This document shows positions 1-13,566 of a stretch of 64,000 nucleotides of DNA, in pieces. Origin of the DNA: Tubulanus polymorphus (taxonomy: Eukaryota; Animalia; Nemertea); NCBI RefSeq assembly GCF_964204645.1, contig NC_134026.1, forward strand, positions 1,821,950 through 1,885,949. Reading direction: 5' to 3'. The position numbers and the translations under genes are program-made. Within the stretch, counting starts at the first letter, position 1. Every line of letters starts with the position of its first letter. The notes beneath the pieces were generated by a model, which was not told the DNA's origin, did not search any database, and saw nothing but the letters and a program-made list of their open reading frames with translations.

Positions 1-1082
1 AACCCACTCTTCAATAAAACTATCATTATGAGAACTATTGAGATTTGGAATATTGGACATATTTATCTGAGGCCCTGTCAATGTGACAGCTTGCTTTATT
101 TCAGTTTAAATGAAAACCTTTGTCAACGTTGTATATATACATGTCAAAGGAAAAACATTTTCTGATGAAATGAAGGGTGGATGTTACCCGTATATACATC
201 TGCGACCATCTAATCTTCTTAAATTTCTGGCATTCATCAATTCAAGTATATTCAAAACGCATATATTTGCGAGTATAGATGACGGTATTTTATAGTCATC
301 AGAGGAGACTACAGAAAAAAAACCTATCATTAATTTTGATGAAGAAACACCTGCTTTACTCGAGACACTAAGAAGCATTTTATTTAAAACATATCTATTC
401 AATACAAATGGCGACACTTGTTAAACGTGAATGCAATAACTCCTCGCAATCAGATCTACGCATGCTGCTGGTTCTCGATAATCCGTCCCATCAGACAAAA
501 AGGGACGACTTTATTTCTAGTTTAAATACATCGATTCTTCAATCATCATTAAAATCCAATACGTACAATACGCATTTAGTACGTCGATTAGTACGTCGAT
601 AAGTCCGAGAGCAAAGAGTATTAAAACACATAATCCTCGAATCAGTAAAGAATAACTGCTAAATTATTGTGCCCTTTACAACTACCCGCAATAATACATA
701 TACATTTATATCATCTAATTTCTTTCTACCGGTCTAGAATTTGAAACGAAATATCAAAACATGAGAAACCATAATTTTACTTTATCAAAAAAATTGTAAT
801 TTTACTTAATCAAAAAATGTGATATTAAAACACAGCGAAACGTTTTCAAACATCCAAATTGTTTGAGGTCAGAGATTTGTTAGTGAAGGATTTTGAATGA
901 TATAACTCGTCAATAGAAGAATGTCTATCCAGGTGGTGTAACAACATTTATCAAGCGAACAATTCAACACGATTATTTATGAACTAGGAAAATGTTTTTC
1001 ACGCCGCACGAGAAAAGCTTTTTATAAACTTTGCAAAATCAGTGGAAAAAGACATTTTCAGGTCATCGAAGCGAACGGACTG

Positions 1083-1146
1083 AGGACAATCGGTGAATCG
1101 GGCGGAGGACAATCGGTGAATCGGGCGGACGACAATCGGTGAATCG
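1083..1146. repeat. 23-bp tandem repeat, ~2.8 copies (AGGACAATCGGTGAATCGGGCGG)
   Basis: Direct repeats visible at 1083, 1106 and 1129, inside the RNF220 intron. Confidence 0.9.
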
Positions 1147-4100
1147 ACGTTCATTCCAAAACGTTGAGTTCCGTTTAATAACTAATTTAGCGTCGGATAC
1201 GGCAGGAAACAGACGCAAGTTGAGAAAAATAAAAACTCGTTTTTACGGCGAAATGTCCGGCGCGTATTCAACGTTGACAGTCGACACCGACAACAAAACA
1301 AAGTCATTCATCATACGCGACTATATCCGAGCGGAACCGCCCTCCGTCCGCGACTATCAACTTAAACACATCGACATCGATGACATCAAAGACCTAAAGT
1401 CAGGCCGGTTAATAGACTTCATCGTCACCTGGGATACATTTTCCCAATAAAACGCATCAAAGTGTTAAACGTGACCCAAAGTTTGAAATTAGCCAAATAT
1501 AATCGTATGATGGTTAATTCAGATTATACACCTCACTAACCGCATCTAAAACATCGCTTTATTCAACACGTTCAGCGCCTCTGGCTATTTTTTGGCATCG
1601 TAAGAAGATGTATGAAGCTAATACGTGCACTTTAGTGCGTCGAGTGAAACCTCCAGAAACATCAAACTTAAGATCTTTCTTGGCCCGTGAAAATTTGTCG
1701 GAATTTTTTGTAATATTCACAACAGGGACGATCATAATGTGAATGGCTTAAATCCAAATGATGACTTAAGCCAGGTGTCGGTCGGCACCAGCGACTTCTA
1801 TTGACGCAATTCTTTGCGACTACCCCTAACGACTCGTCGACCTACACACCCGCGTCACTAACAGTCACCAGTGCTATGAATAGCACATAAATCACACTTA
1901 GTACTTATACAAATTGGGATTCAAAAATGGACAATCATTTTAGTTATGCGACGACTTAAGCATGTTTGACCATATACAGTTAATGTCAGCCGGTCGGGAG
2001 TGATATTCGATCATTGGATGAGTCTACTGAAGCCACGCAGCCCACGCACGCACGTCTGAGATAAACTACACTACGTATAACAATATCTATTGTATGCGGC
2101 GGTTTCTACAAAATACACAACACAAAACAAACTGCGAAAATTGAATTAGAAACGTCTAAAACAGTAATTGAGTCGCTACATATCTGGAGAGAACGGGCTA
2201 TAACTAAGTAGTCGTCAGTGAGGTGAAAGTAATCATCGCCGATCCACTTTCGATTAGTTTCAATCTGTTCAACGAAACACTTCGCTTTTAATCAGCCGAA
2301 TTTCATCGGTCATTTGTCATATTTGCTTCATTAAAGAAATTTTCATCGAGACTCTCGATATCTATTCACTTCTATTGTTGCGAGTGAAAACCGCTCGACG
2401 CGGGACCCGGCGCGTATTTCACAATTAACAGCCTCTCCGCGCAAAAATATGCCATTAACTGACGAAAATGGCTTTGAAGAATTTAATCTGAAAAGAACGG
2501 TAAAGTAAGACGAGTTTGTCGGGGAAGGTTTGCTGGAATTTTTCAATATCGCCGACGAACGTAGTTTATTTGTTGTCAGCCAGTATTTTATGACCGCGCT
2601 ATTTATTATCGTATCATCATCGTCGTTAGACCCTGAAACTCGAGTTACCCGAGTTACCACTCGGTGCAAAACATTATTAAACAGCAACGACGATCGTTGA
2701 CATAGCTCGGTGTCAAAGACTGTCGGATCGGTCGCGATTAAGTCGTGACAGCGGATGCCAAGATCATCGCAGACTTAATCATCAAAAACTCATCACGTGA
2801 AACGCACCTTGGCAACGCAGTTATAAAACTCTAGTTAATTTGTTTGGTTGTATTGTTGTTGGGTGGAGAAGGTGCGATGATGCGTCGTATATCCTATCGA
2901 TGAATTTGATCGCAGCTATTTTCCGATCTTTGATCTAATCGAGTGTCGGTTATTGGAACGTCTTTCGTCGGGGCGTCTCTGTCAAAAATATCGCCCGTTC
3001 TGACTGACGGATTTTAATAAATCTATCTTCAGCAGTTGCGACCGTGCGCTAGAGAGAAAGTTTCCCATGTTATTCACTCCCGAACGAAGAACTGACGAAG
3101 AAAATAATGTCACGACTGCAACTTTTATTTGACTTTATTTCCCCGACTATTCTCTGACATCCAAGTTGTTTTCTCTTGATTTTATCGACTAAGAATCCAA
3201 TAAATTAACACAGTCAAATACGTAAGACATAGACAGAAACTGTTTGATTTTACGTGTGATCTAACAATCTCGAAAAATTTCCAAGATTTTTCCCTGACTT
3301 TTCAGCTTTTTAACAAAATTCCCCGACAATTCCGCGACTTGTCTGAAAGAAAAGAAATTTCCCTGACTTTTCTTTGATTTCCAGGTAAGACGCCGACCTG
3401 AATGTAAATCGACCGTCGAAACATCGAAGATACCTAGAAAATAGCCTCATTCTCGCGACATAATCCCGAATCGTTACGCGAAATGATGACTATTTAGTGG
3501 CGTCAGTTTCGCGGCGAAACGATTCGAACTTAAGAAATAGAGTAGACGATCAACATTAATCAAAAACACGACGCAAAACAACTCGACCAATCACCGACGA
3601 CGATTACAATAAATGAACAGTGATTAGGCAATCTACTGACGAGAAACAGTGGGATTAATTTGCGAAATGAAAACCTCGGCGAAATTGTCTCCGCAACGCG
3701 TGATTAATGAGAGCAATATACATCGAGATTGTCAGTCACCGCGTATTAACCAATAAACTATTTACACTAGCCAGATCTAAACTGTCATCAACTTTGTAAA
3801 ATTCCACTGAATCTTACGTTAATTTACAGACGATCTTACGGCGATATTTCAGGCTTTGATGTTTCAGCCTGGTTTCACTCGGGGGACCTCTCGCTGTCAA
3901 TAACTTCATTCTCTCTGATGTCCGCGTGGATTAAAGTATACACTTCGGTTCGGTTTACGACCGAATACCGAATATCATTCAAAAACCGTCTTAAATCATC
4001 GAACTCACTGAGAGCACGAAGTCAGCGTTAAAGATCTGACGAGGGTCTTTTAGAGTTTTAGAAGAAACATCATTTAAAATGAATTAGCGCCTTATCTATT

Positions 4101-5713
4101 TACATAACCCGAGACGTTTTATTGACTCGAACTGCCATAAATTCTATCGGATTTGACTGACCACTCAAACCCAGGTGTTCATTATTTCTATAGGAGAAAT
4201 GGCACGTTTTTGTCAGTGAATCGGAATCTACGTGATTTGAGCGCTAAGTTTGAGTTTCAGTTGGTTGGTTACGAGACTCGTCTATCATTTTATTGCATTT
4301 AAACCCTGTACGGATTAAAGCTGGTAATTTACACGCAGGCTACAAATCCCCTAACATTTTCTGAAGATCACAAAACTATGAGAGATTTTTAACTTATATC
4401 GACCTCCTGCCAGCAAATACAGTTTGCCCCACCCAGCTTTGAAATTATCATGAAATGGTTTTTCCATGTAGAGTCAACCACTGATTTAGATCAACCCCTG
4501 ATAAAGAGCATCTATTTCTGAGAATTGACCAGTATTTCATCTTGGAACTAGTCAAAATTAAACCCCGAGTTACTGCTTTAATCTCTATAGCGCCAAAATT
4601 CAAAATCACCAATGACATCGGGGCTTGACTGATCATACTGGACCCGGTTTGACTCGATTCACCTTGTACTGGTTTCTAGACACGTCGTTCAAACCAATAG
4701 TTAACACAAATTCCGTATTCAGAAATCACCTGTTGTTAAAAACCGTAGCTAACAATAGTTTTCTATGCTCGGGAAAAAGCTTCAAAAGTCAGATGGAGAT
4801 TACCAAGTCCGACCAAGAATAAAAGCACTTTTTTCTCAATGACATAATCAAGTTACGGCGTTGCCTACAGATGAGGTGCTTAAGCTTATTGGTTGTTCGG
4901 GAAAGGTCTATTTTGCCGATGTTGGGCGAGTGAAATGGACACTACTAGATGAAATGACCAGCATATAAATCGTACGAGAGAGTTGTCAGTAAATGTACAA
5001 GACGTCGACTAACAGACAAGAGTACATGTAATTTAGTGTAATGGGTTGATGTTCAGCAGTAGTGATTGCTCATTAGTGAGGTACATGAAAATCGGATGAT
5101 TCATGAATATTGAACATGGTTTCATATTCTTCTTAAAAGGTTTCTTAACTCAACATTCTCAAACTGAAAGACGCACCAAAAGAATAGACGGGAAACTGTC
5201 CGATAAGTAGAAACAAAATCGCCTTTCGTTAAGTAGTACATTGTACCGACACAATACAATAAGATCAGTAGCAATTATTCAAGTTGACAATTTTAGTTTC
5301 AATTTTCAGAAACAAGTTGAATTTCGTATACCTCATCATTTTTAGTGAAACTTTTTAAGGAAGTTTATTCCAAGAGTTTAATATCAGGGTCGTTTATAAA
5401 TTTAGTATGCAAAATATTGCTAATGCAATTTTTGCAAAATTAAACGTCATACTATAGTAAGAAGCGACCAACCTTACCCACAAAAAGCATACATTTTAGG
5501 GATAGCTAGCCACTAACAGGGAGGGAGGATCCTGCACTTACTTCAATCAGGATAAAATTGGGCAGAAAAAAGCTCAAAAGGGCAATTTTTGCGCAACCAG
5601 TTGAAAATCCTGGAAAAACTTCCAAATACGTGCCGAATGGCCTTTTTATCCATTTGCCCTATGGCAAGACCCTCAAATCTTGCTCCTGCCTAATAATTGA
5701 AATATTTACTTAC

Positions 5714-6278
5714 TTCTGAGATGACGTCCCTCATCGCTAGGCGTATGTCGACCCTGTGAGTCGCCACTTTCAGATAAACCTTCAGAACTGATGTCGTAAC
5801 TCAGTGAATTCGGAGTCGTGTTATTTCTATCCTCTTTATTTAATGAATGAATGACGAGATTTTCCGGAGTGTCTTTATCACTGCAGCTGCTGTCGTTATA
5901 AAGTCGATTTAAATCAGATTCGCGAAGTTTCGAGCGTTTCGCCGGTAGAAACGCCGAATGGTACGGTTCGCGATCGTCGGTACCTGCGGACGACTGCAGC
6001 GGCCGGAACGCACCAGTCGCAGACGGGTTCAGGTGCGCCACCGGATGCTGAACGAACGGCATGTGCATCGGAGCGTAGAGAGGAGGGAAACCTTCCTGAC
6101 GGAACATCGGGTACGCGGCCGATGTAAACGGAACGTCCTTGTCCGGGGCCCCGGAGAAATTGTGCGCCGGTAAACGCTGCTGGTCGTCTCGATTCGTCGC
6201 ATCAGATGCGGCAGTCGACGCTAGGACCATCAGCGCCGGGGACGTCAGCGGGTTCGGAAGAAACGTCGAATTCTCCAT
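5714..6278 (-). CDS. RNF220: E3 ubiquitin ligase RNF220, first coding exon; gene continues beyond the left edge of the window
   Basis: Translation MENSTFLPNPLTSPALMVLASTA...DKDVPFT...GAFRPL...DREPYHSAFLPAKR matches the recalled vertebrate RNF220 N-terminus (MENSSYLPNPLASPALMVLASTA...GAFRPF...DRESYQSAFTPAKR). The exon ends in a GTAAGT donor at 5713. In-frame upstream ATGs exist, so the start may lie further 5'. Confidence 0.9.
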
Positions 6279-7841
6279 ATCTCCATCAGTGCCAGCCGCT
6301 CCCAGAGACTGTGGATGAAAAAATGGACGTCCCCAAAAATTAAAACGAAACATGTTTGTGATATGTGTATAATCACCAGCCATACTAAATATACGCAATA
6401 GTGCGAAAAGTGTCTGCTAGAATAAATCAGTAGCCAAAATAACAGCGCGACGCGAGACGACACTGAGTTGACAACAGTAGGCAGTAATGTACATGTGTGA
6501 AGTACCGACTACTCAGGCATTCTACAACAAGATCTATTCACAGCTCCCATTTTCGCCAGTTGCAATGATTATTTCAACTCCAACCGACAAATAGCAGGCA
6601 TGAAGGTGGGGTACCCCTAGTTGGCTGGTATAATCAATATGCATTAGTGGGCGTGAACAATTGGACGCCCCAATGAGGATCAACCCAGTAATGACGCGCT
6701 ACGTCGCCGGGGAATCACCCCGGGAGAGAGCGCAACTCTACATATAAACAATGATGTGCTTTAGGACGAGTGACAAGCGCCGCTTTGACGGCAAATAACA
6801 GACAAACGACACGAACAAACGTGGAACTACCGGGCCATTTAATTAGATGTAACTTTCACGATTTCTAATTATAATCGGTTGAGATAAATACGACACGGAT
6901 GACGCCACAAATTCACGATACAAATTACCCACCATGAACATTAACTGTGTACTGTTCTTTACTGTCAGCCTCTTTCTCGTATTGGGATTCCCCATCATCT
7001 AGATGGCAGCACCGTCTAAACTCTCTGCCGTCTCGCGTTCTTGAGAAAATAAAATAATTCGTTTTTGTTAGCTTGAAGTATATATATTAGATACGACAAT
7101 TCTTATAAAGCAACCAAAAAGTGCATGGTTTTGTAATTCTTCCCTTTGCTCCTTATATGAAGTAAAAATAATCTATCCACTCGTTTATGTTAGTCTCCTA
7201 GTCATTTACCAGGAGGCTCAGTTGTTTTGATCCCATATTTCCAGAACAAAAAAAAACAAAAAATAAACAAACTACAATAATTTAGAGTGAATTAATCAAT
7301 TTATTCAATTTCGGTATTGCATCACAGAGAGTGAAGTCCCTATATATTTTACAAATAGACATCTGAGATACACTAGTAGTATTCTGCATAGCACCATTGG
7401 AGAAATTCCTTTGAAAAAAATACACAACGAATTATACACAATAAAATAAACAAAAGAAACAAAACATTTAAGAGAATGCATACGCAACAAGGAATTCAAC
7501 ACATAAAATTCAAAAGGTAAATTTCCCTCGGTGAGAAAACTTAGTATATTCTATATTCTGTACTGCTTTAATGTATCGCAATATGAGATCCATACCACTA
7601 CATACAGGACTATATCATACAAAGCATAACATATATTCACACATACTTCCCATTTCGGTATTATTGTTACTTTTTCATATACATACGATGAATATGCATT
7701 AAATCCTAAAACTATTCAGTCCATGTGTCATAAGACTTGCATCAATTCAAAATTCAACCATGTTTTGATTACTGTATTGTTAAATGAGTATAAAAATATT
7801 ATTTACATTAGTTTATAATTTTAGAATGAACTATGACTGTT

Positions 7842-7955
7842 CCGAGCCGTTTCACAAAAACGGTTAACGCCTAAATCGATTTTAGACAAACTGAATTAAT
7901 GATGAAATTTAATCGATTTAATCGGGTCAAAGTTTTTTTGTGAAACTGGGCCCTG
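7842..7955. mobile_element. MITE-like element with imperfect terminal inverted repeats
   Basis: Left end GCCGTTTCACAAAAA pairs with right end TTTTTTGTGAAACTGGGCCCTG. A similar terminus (CAGGGCCCATTTTCACAAAAG) occurs at ~33077. Confidence 0.6.
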
Positions 7956-8441
7956 TAGTTTAGTCTTTCTAGGTACAGCTCGGGTTGATGAATTTAATGT
8001 TGAAATAGCTATCATTTTAAGTAGACACTGTTGCAATTACTTCTGTAAAACTTTTTACAAGCCAACAATGCTTATGGTCCGGCAAAGCTGCAGTTGTTGA
8101 ATTCAGTAAATCAAATTTCACATTTAGACAACAGCTTACTATATATGTACACAATTTGAAAGAAAACATGTAGAAAGTGTCCAAGACTAATCTCTTTATA
8201 TACATATACAATGTACCTACACGTAGTAGCGCTATACATAAAATGTTCAGCATCTTAATCTGCACAAATGCTTCTCATATTTTCCCCATTAATGAACGTC
8301 TCTAAGTTAAATAATGAATATTGCATAATATTGAATTAAGCCTGCTGCCATTTGCACCGACACCGTATTCATTCATTTATTATTTCTATGTAAGATCACA
8401 GTCTGAGGACGAATAATATCTGTCTATGAATTGTGTTAAGC

Positions 8442-10723
8442 TTATCTTCGTTGTGTGCCGCCAAAACCTGAAACAACAGAATACAATAAGATCATCGTAT
8501 TGCTTAGACTTTATTACTGTAAAAAAAAAATATCTTATAAAATGTAAGATCAGACTCGATCGATGATTACGAACCAGAAGCAGTACGAGATGACTCTGAA
8601 CTATTGCCGCCAAATGCAGAATCAGAGAATGAATCTGATGACCAACTACTACCGCTAGTCCAACCTCGCCGACGCGTTGTTCCGTGAGTGGTCGTTGTTC
8701 CGCTGTTTCCGAAGAAATAACCGGCTAATCCTCCCAACGCTGCACCGGTCCAAAAACCTCCAAACCCTGTATCATTATCGTTGCGCGTTGTTGTGCCATA
8801 GTTTGTACGACATCCGCCTGGAAATATCAAACAATCACTGTTTACATCAACAACACCATCAAAATGACACGTAAATAGCAATAAGAAATACTATTTGACA
8901 CATATCAAAATATCATATAAAAATATAGATATGTCTTGATTTAAGTAATGTGATGACTTAAAGCGAGTTTGACTAAAGTTTGTTCAAATTCACAAAAATG
9001 AAAACTTTTCATTACACATGAATGTGACATACCTGGATATGAACTTCCCCTTGGCATATATTCAGGACGGAATCCCGGTGGTGGAGGTGGAGCTGATGGA
9101 CCGAATCCACTATCGTAAGAGGAATAAGTATCATCGGAATCCATTGAACTTCCGTCGTATCTATAATCGTGCTGGTTTCCGATGCAAGTTTTGTAAATTG
9201 CGTAAATAATCAAACCGACAATAACGAGCATGATCAAATCTCCGATGACTGATGTTCCCTTAGTGAGTTGTTTGTAATATCTGTAATATTAAAAGTTCAA
9301 ACATCACAAAAAAATCAATATAATTACAGACCTGCAGAATTATATATGAGCAGCACATTTATAGATTATTATTAGAGAACTATTAGAGACCTGTAGAATT
9401 ACATAGGAACAGAGAATTATAGATTATTATTATCATAGAGAACTCACCCTCCATACGAAGATCCATATTCTTTATTTCCATAATAGCTACTGCCTCCGTG
9501 AGCCCTCTTCTTATATCCAGCTTCAGTGAGATCGATGGTGTATTCCAACTGTATAACGAATAAAATAATCATCAATATAATCATCGCGATTTAAGAAGTA
9601 CGAGTCGATTAACGATTAAATACCGACCCCGCATGATCCTCTCAGAATATACGGATCATCTCTGTATTCATAGCCTTCACATGATACTTCAACTCGACCA
9701 AAACGATATGAATTATCCATATCCGTCTTACATTCCCACTAGATTAGGTATAAAATACAATACATCAGAAAATAAATCAAATACATCAGTTTTACTCATA
9801 TCAAATAATTCACAAACAACAATTATTATCATATCCACTGTTAATCATTAAGCCTTTATTTACTGTGCTATTTACTGTGCTATACTGGTGACCCAGCTGC
9901 ATCAACCCCACTGTGCCATGTATTCATATAATTGTTGATTCGTTAAAATTGTTCTATTGAAAGATGACAGCATCTGTCAAACATCAGCAGTGAAAGGGTA
10001 AAATGTATGTGTGATTTTTTTCACATGTCTATTATCAGATTAGTATTCGACTTCCTAGTTACACTTGCCAACTCATCACCAAATAGGGGCCTAGATTTCT
10101 ATCCTTTCATTTCATGTATTTGGATAAAAAGGATAAAAATAGACCATTTTCAACGATTCAATATTTCACTTACCTGAACATCATAGCCATCTGAACCGCG
10201 ATTGTAACACTGAACGACATTAGGAGTAAAACTATTACAACCAGCAGTACCACCAATACATTTAACCTGCAAATAAAAATGAAATATGAAAATCAGCTGC
10301 TATTGAATTTCCTAGGGGCCAGCTGCGCAGTCATAGCTTAAAAATAAAGCAAATTAAGACCAGTCTTAAAGATAAGACCATTTTTAAAATCAAGTCACGA
10401 CTGCGCAACTAGTCGTTGAAATTAAGAATGTCAATAGAGGAGTACGTACCTGAGGTATAGGGCTACTTCTTCGCGCATTGGTCATCTTTCCATTGTATAA
10501 TGTTAGTACTTGAATATCCGACAGTCGCATTTTTCTATCAGCTAAAAATTGAGAAGAATATTATTTATCAAACAAAGTTTGTTAAACAGTTTCTACATCC
10601 ACAATCAGCAGTCAATCGAAATTACTTACCAGATACAAGTATATTCATCTCCGCAGCGATGGTAAGGAGAACTAATGGTAAATAATCCATGATTTTTAAT
10701 GCTAATTTACTTTTGGAGATCAT
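8442..10723 (-). CDS. SARAF: Store-operated calcium entry-associated regulatory factor (SARAF/TMEM66), about 8 coding exons
   Basis: Spliced product: signal peptide, DRKMRLSDIQVLTLYNGKMTNARRSSPIPQVKCIGGTAGC...QCYNRGSDGYDVQWECKTDMD...CEGYEYRDDPYILRGSCGLEYTID, a TM helix (LIMLVIVGLIIYAIYK), PPPPGFRPEY, GFWTGAALGGLAGYFFG and C-terminal RTASGFGGTQRR*. All are SARAF hallmarks, with GT-AG introns in consistent phase. Confidence 0.95.
10314..10418. mobile_element. MITE, shorter inverted copy of the element at 42830-42973
   Basis: Ends AGGGGCCAGCTGCGCAGTCAT...GTCACGACTGCGCAACT and internal AAGACCAGTCT are shared with the 42830 element. Lies in a SARAF intron. Confidence 0.75.
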
Positions 10724-10899
10724 ATTGCTTACGTACACATTCACAGCTGGAAATGAAAGAAAATGTGACAATCAGCGGTGAGTGGTGTAAAAACAAGTTT
10801 AATTCAAGGCCTTTAACCGGCCTTTTAATTCATCCACAATGATTCTTATTATGGAATAGAATCTTAGAATAACCCCGGCTAAAGCATACAAAATATGAA

Positions 10900-11490
10900 A
10901 CCTACTTGATGACGATTTCTAGCCTTTCGAGATGTCTGTCTGTGTCGAATGATGAAATCTATTTGCTGTTTTTGCGTGGAAATTTCAAGAATATTAAACA
11001 CTGAATCGACTTATCATTTTTTCGCCGAACAACAAATGATTTCCGCAATGTTACGCGCTATCTGCCTGGAAATAGTTTTGGGGAAGCCCTTATATTTTGT
11101 GTTATTTAAGCGTCTATAATTACCTTTTCTCCCATCTAACTAAATTAATAACAATTTAGAATAAACATCTTGATCGAATATTAGTTGACATGTTTATAAT
11201 GAGTAAATAATTGCGGGGCTAATCGCGGATGAATTTAGAATATTTGATGCCTCGTCAGCTTTACGGTGCATTATGGGATAAATTCAACCAAATTCCAACT
11301 TTATTGAAACAGAAATACATAGTTTTTACATAAAACACCAAATAATTGTTTCTTTTTGTTTTCATAACTCAAGATTTCGAGAAGAATTTTAAGAATAGAT
11401 ATTTTCAATGTGACAATTTTGATAGATCGATGACCTTGGCCTATAATATTTGAAGGCCAACTAAATGACTGTCGGGTCTTTTTAGGCTTC
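10900..11490. promoter_or_regulatory. Probable bidirectional promoter / 5'UTR region between SARAF and NDUFA11
   Basis: Head-to-head genes with start codons ~770 bp apart. Both ATG exons are preceded by acceptor-like sites, implying non-coding first exons in this interval. Confidence 0.55.
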
Positions 11491-11493
11491 AAA

Positions 11494-12864
11494 ATGAAAT
11501 TTGCACCCGATTTAGATCGAAAAACAGCAATCGAACCAACTTTCCCTAGTCTTGGCTTTTTTGTCAATCCGTATAAGGGTAAAGATGACGAGCAAGGCAT
11601 CAGAAAGCTGGCAACATGGACAGGGCTCGGATTGTACACTGGTAAATGAAAAAAATTAAAGTCAATCATTTTATTGAATTGAGGGCTCTGGCATTACAAA
11701 TAATTGTATAAATAAATTGTGTATTATAAATTTTAGATATGTATATATGTATTTTCATGTAGGTTCATTCGTTGGTCTAAGTGATGTATTATGTCGCACA
11801 CAACCAGCTACATATACAGGATCTGCTGCTAGAATTGCCAGTATAGCTGTCCCAGCAGGTAAATTCTGTTATTCACATATCTTCTCAGGTGTGGTTGTGG
11901 CACAATGAACCATGCATTTACCTTTATTTCGCAAAAAATGATAAATGTCGACTGAAGATTCCGTTCTAGAGCTAGATTTTTTCGCATTACATTTTTCCCT
12001 GTATTTCTCAAATCAGTATTCAGTTTATCTAATCTCAGTGAAATTTTTACAGTTTGTGGTTGAGTGAGGTCTTGTTTGAATCAATTTTAAAGTTCTGTAA
12101 ATTGCTCTTTTTAGCCTTGATGGGTGCTGCTTTTGGGACGACCACTTTGGTGGCTGCAAGCGTTAGAGGAAAAAGTGATCCATACAATCATATGCTCGGA
12201 GGGTGCGCTGCTGGAGCAGTTCTCGGAGCAAGAAGTAAGTATCAACTGTTTGAGCTGAATTTGGTTCTTTTGCACCATTGAATTTTATCCATTAATTGAC
12301 TAAAGCCCCTCAAAAACCCCTCAAATTCCAAAATCCATTTTTGAGGGTACAAAATCCCTCAAATTCTGAATTTTAGCTCTTGGCCCCTAAAATTCTGAAT
12401 TTTAGCTCTTGGCCCCTCAAATTCTGAAAATTGTGTCTCTCAGAAAATTATGTATCACCTCGGATTCTTAGCAGATCATGTCAGGGAATAGTCGGGGAAA
12501 ATGCATGTCAAATAAAATTGGCGCCACCCTGTTAAATGATGACAGGTGCAGCACTCGGGCTAATCAGGCAGGGTTTTGTGCAGTGGCAGAGTTTGTTTAT
12601 GTCATCAGGTTTGATTCTGCTCTATTACCTGGAAAGTATAGATATCCTTTTTGTATTTCAGTGAAAAGCGTCAAAATGGGAACCGGAATGTGTTTAGGTT
12701 TAGGAGCAGTAGCGTTTGTTACGCGCGGGCTCGAGATGGAGGGAAATTTACAATTCATACCGAAAGGCTATGAAGATGGATTGATTGCTGGTCCGGGATT
12801 ATGGAATTGGGATCGGTCGTTTGATCCATTTAGAAAAGAACCAAATCGTAATATCGATAAATGA
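11494..12864 (+). CDS. NDUFA11: NADH dehydrogenase 1 alpha subcomplex subunit 11 (Tim17-family fold); exons 11494-11641, 11763-11858, 12115-12234, 12662-12864
   Basis: Four exons join in frame (all phase 1) to give Gly/Ala-rich TM segments and the motif AAFGTTTLVAASVRGKSDPYNHMLGGCAAGAVLGAR, typical of NDUFA11. Confidence 0.88.
12355..12427. repeat. 29-bp tandem repeat, ~2.5 copies (CCCCTMAAATTCTGAATTTTAGCTCTTGG)
   Basis: Direct repeats in NDUFA11 intron 3, with degenerate CCCCTCAAA copies upstream from ~12306. Confidence 0.85.
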
Positions 12865-13566
12865 AAATATGACGATGATTTAGAATCGTATCAATTACAA
12901 TGTACCATCGGTCGAAATTAAATTAATATTAGTATATTACGCATGAAAATGTAAATTAGATTTTTGTATGCTTGACATTGTTCGTTTGTTTTGAAAATTA
13001 GTAAAAGTTGCAGGTGTCATACAAAGAGTGCTTTAAGTTTTTAATTTCTTGCTGAAAGTCTTCATCTTCATTCCACGCTCAGTGATTCCAGCTCGGTGAA
13101 TGAGATGGGTCGTCAAAATTTCGCTAATGAAAATGACATTACCATAAGGATATTTGAGATTTTAATGTTTCGGTGATCTGCAAGTGTGGAAGCGCGTATA
13201 CAGTACTAAACTTAACCTGACTTGCCAAACTTAGTCGAGTCTAGTACCTAGTGGTTGTTCCCAACCTGTACTTTATCTGGTATAGACTAGGCCAAACTGG
13301 GACTGGTGCAATTGGCCTGAGGTAAGCGAAGTTTAGTCAAAGCCTGAAATTGGGAAAAGTCTAAATCTAGTTGGCTGTGAACCCTATATTGATTCCGTCA
13401 GTGCTAAGTTGCATTCCAAAAGAATTCAGAACACAAAACATGTCATTGTTTTACTAGATATGAACTTTATTTTCGATAAACAGTAAAGATGTTTAGCTTT
13501 CAACAATATATAAAACTGAACAGATGATGATTCAACAAGTAATGGATAGAATGAGTAGTTTAGTCG

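Noticed and set aside
1139-1450. 103-aa plus-strand ORF, and the 114-aa minus-strand ORF at 2343-2687
   Set aside because: Both have non-ATG starts and no recognisable domain, one overlaps a tandem repeat, and neither matches RNF220 downstream exons.
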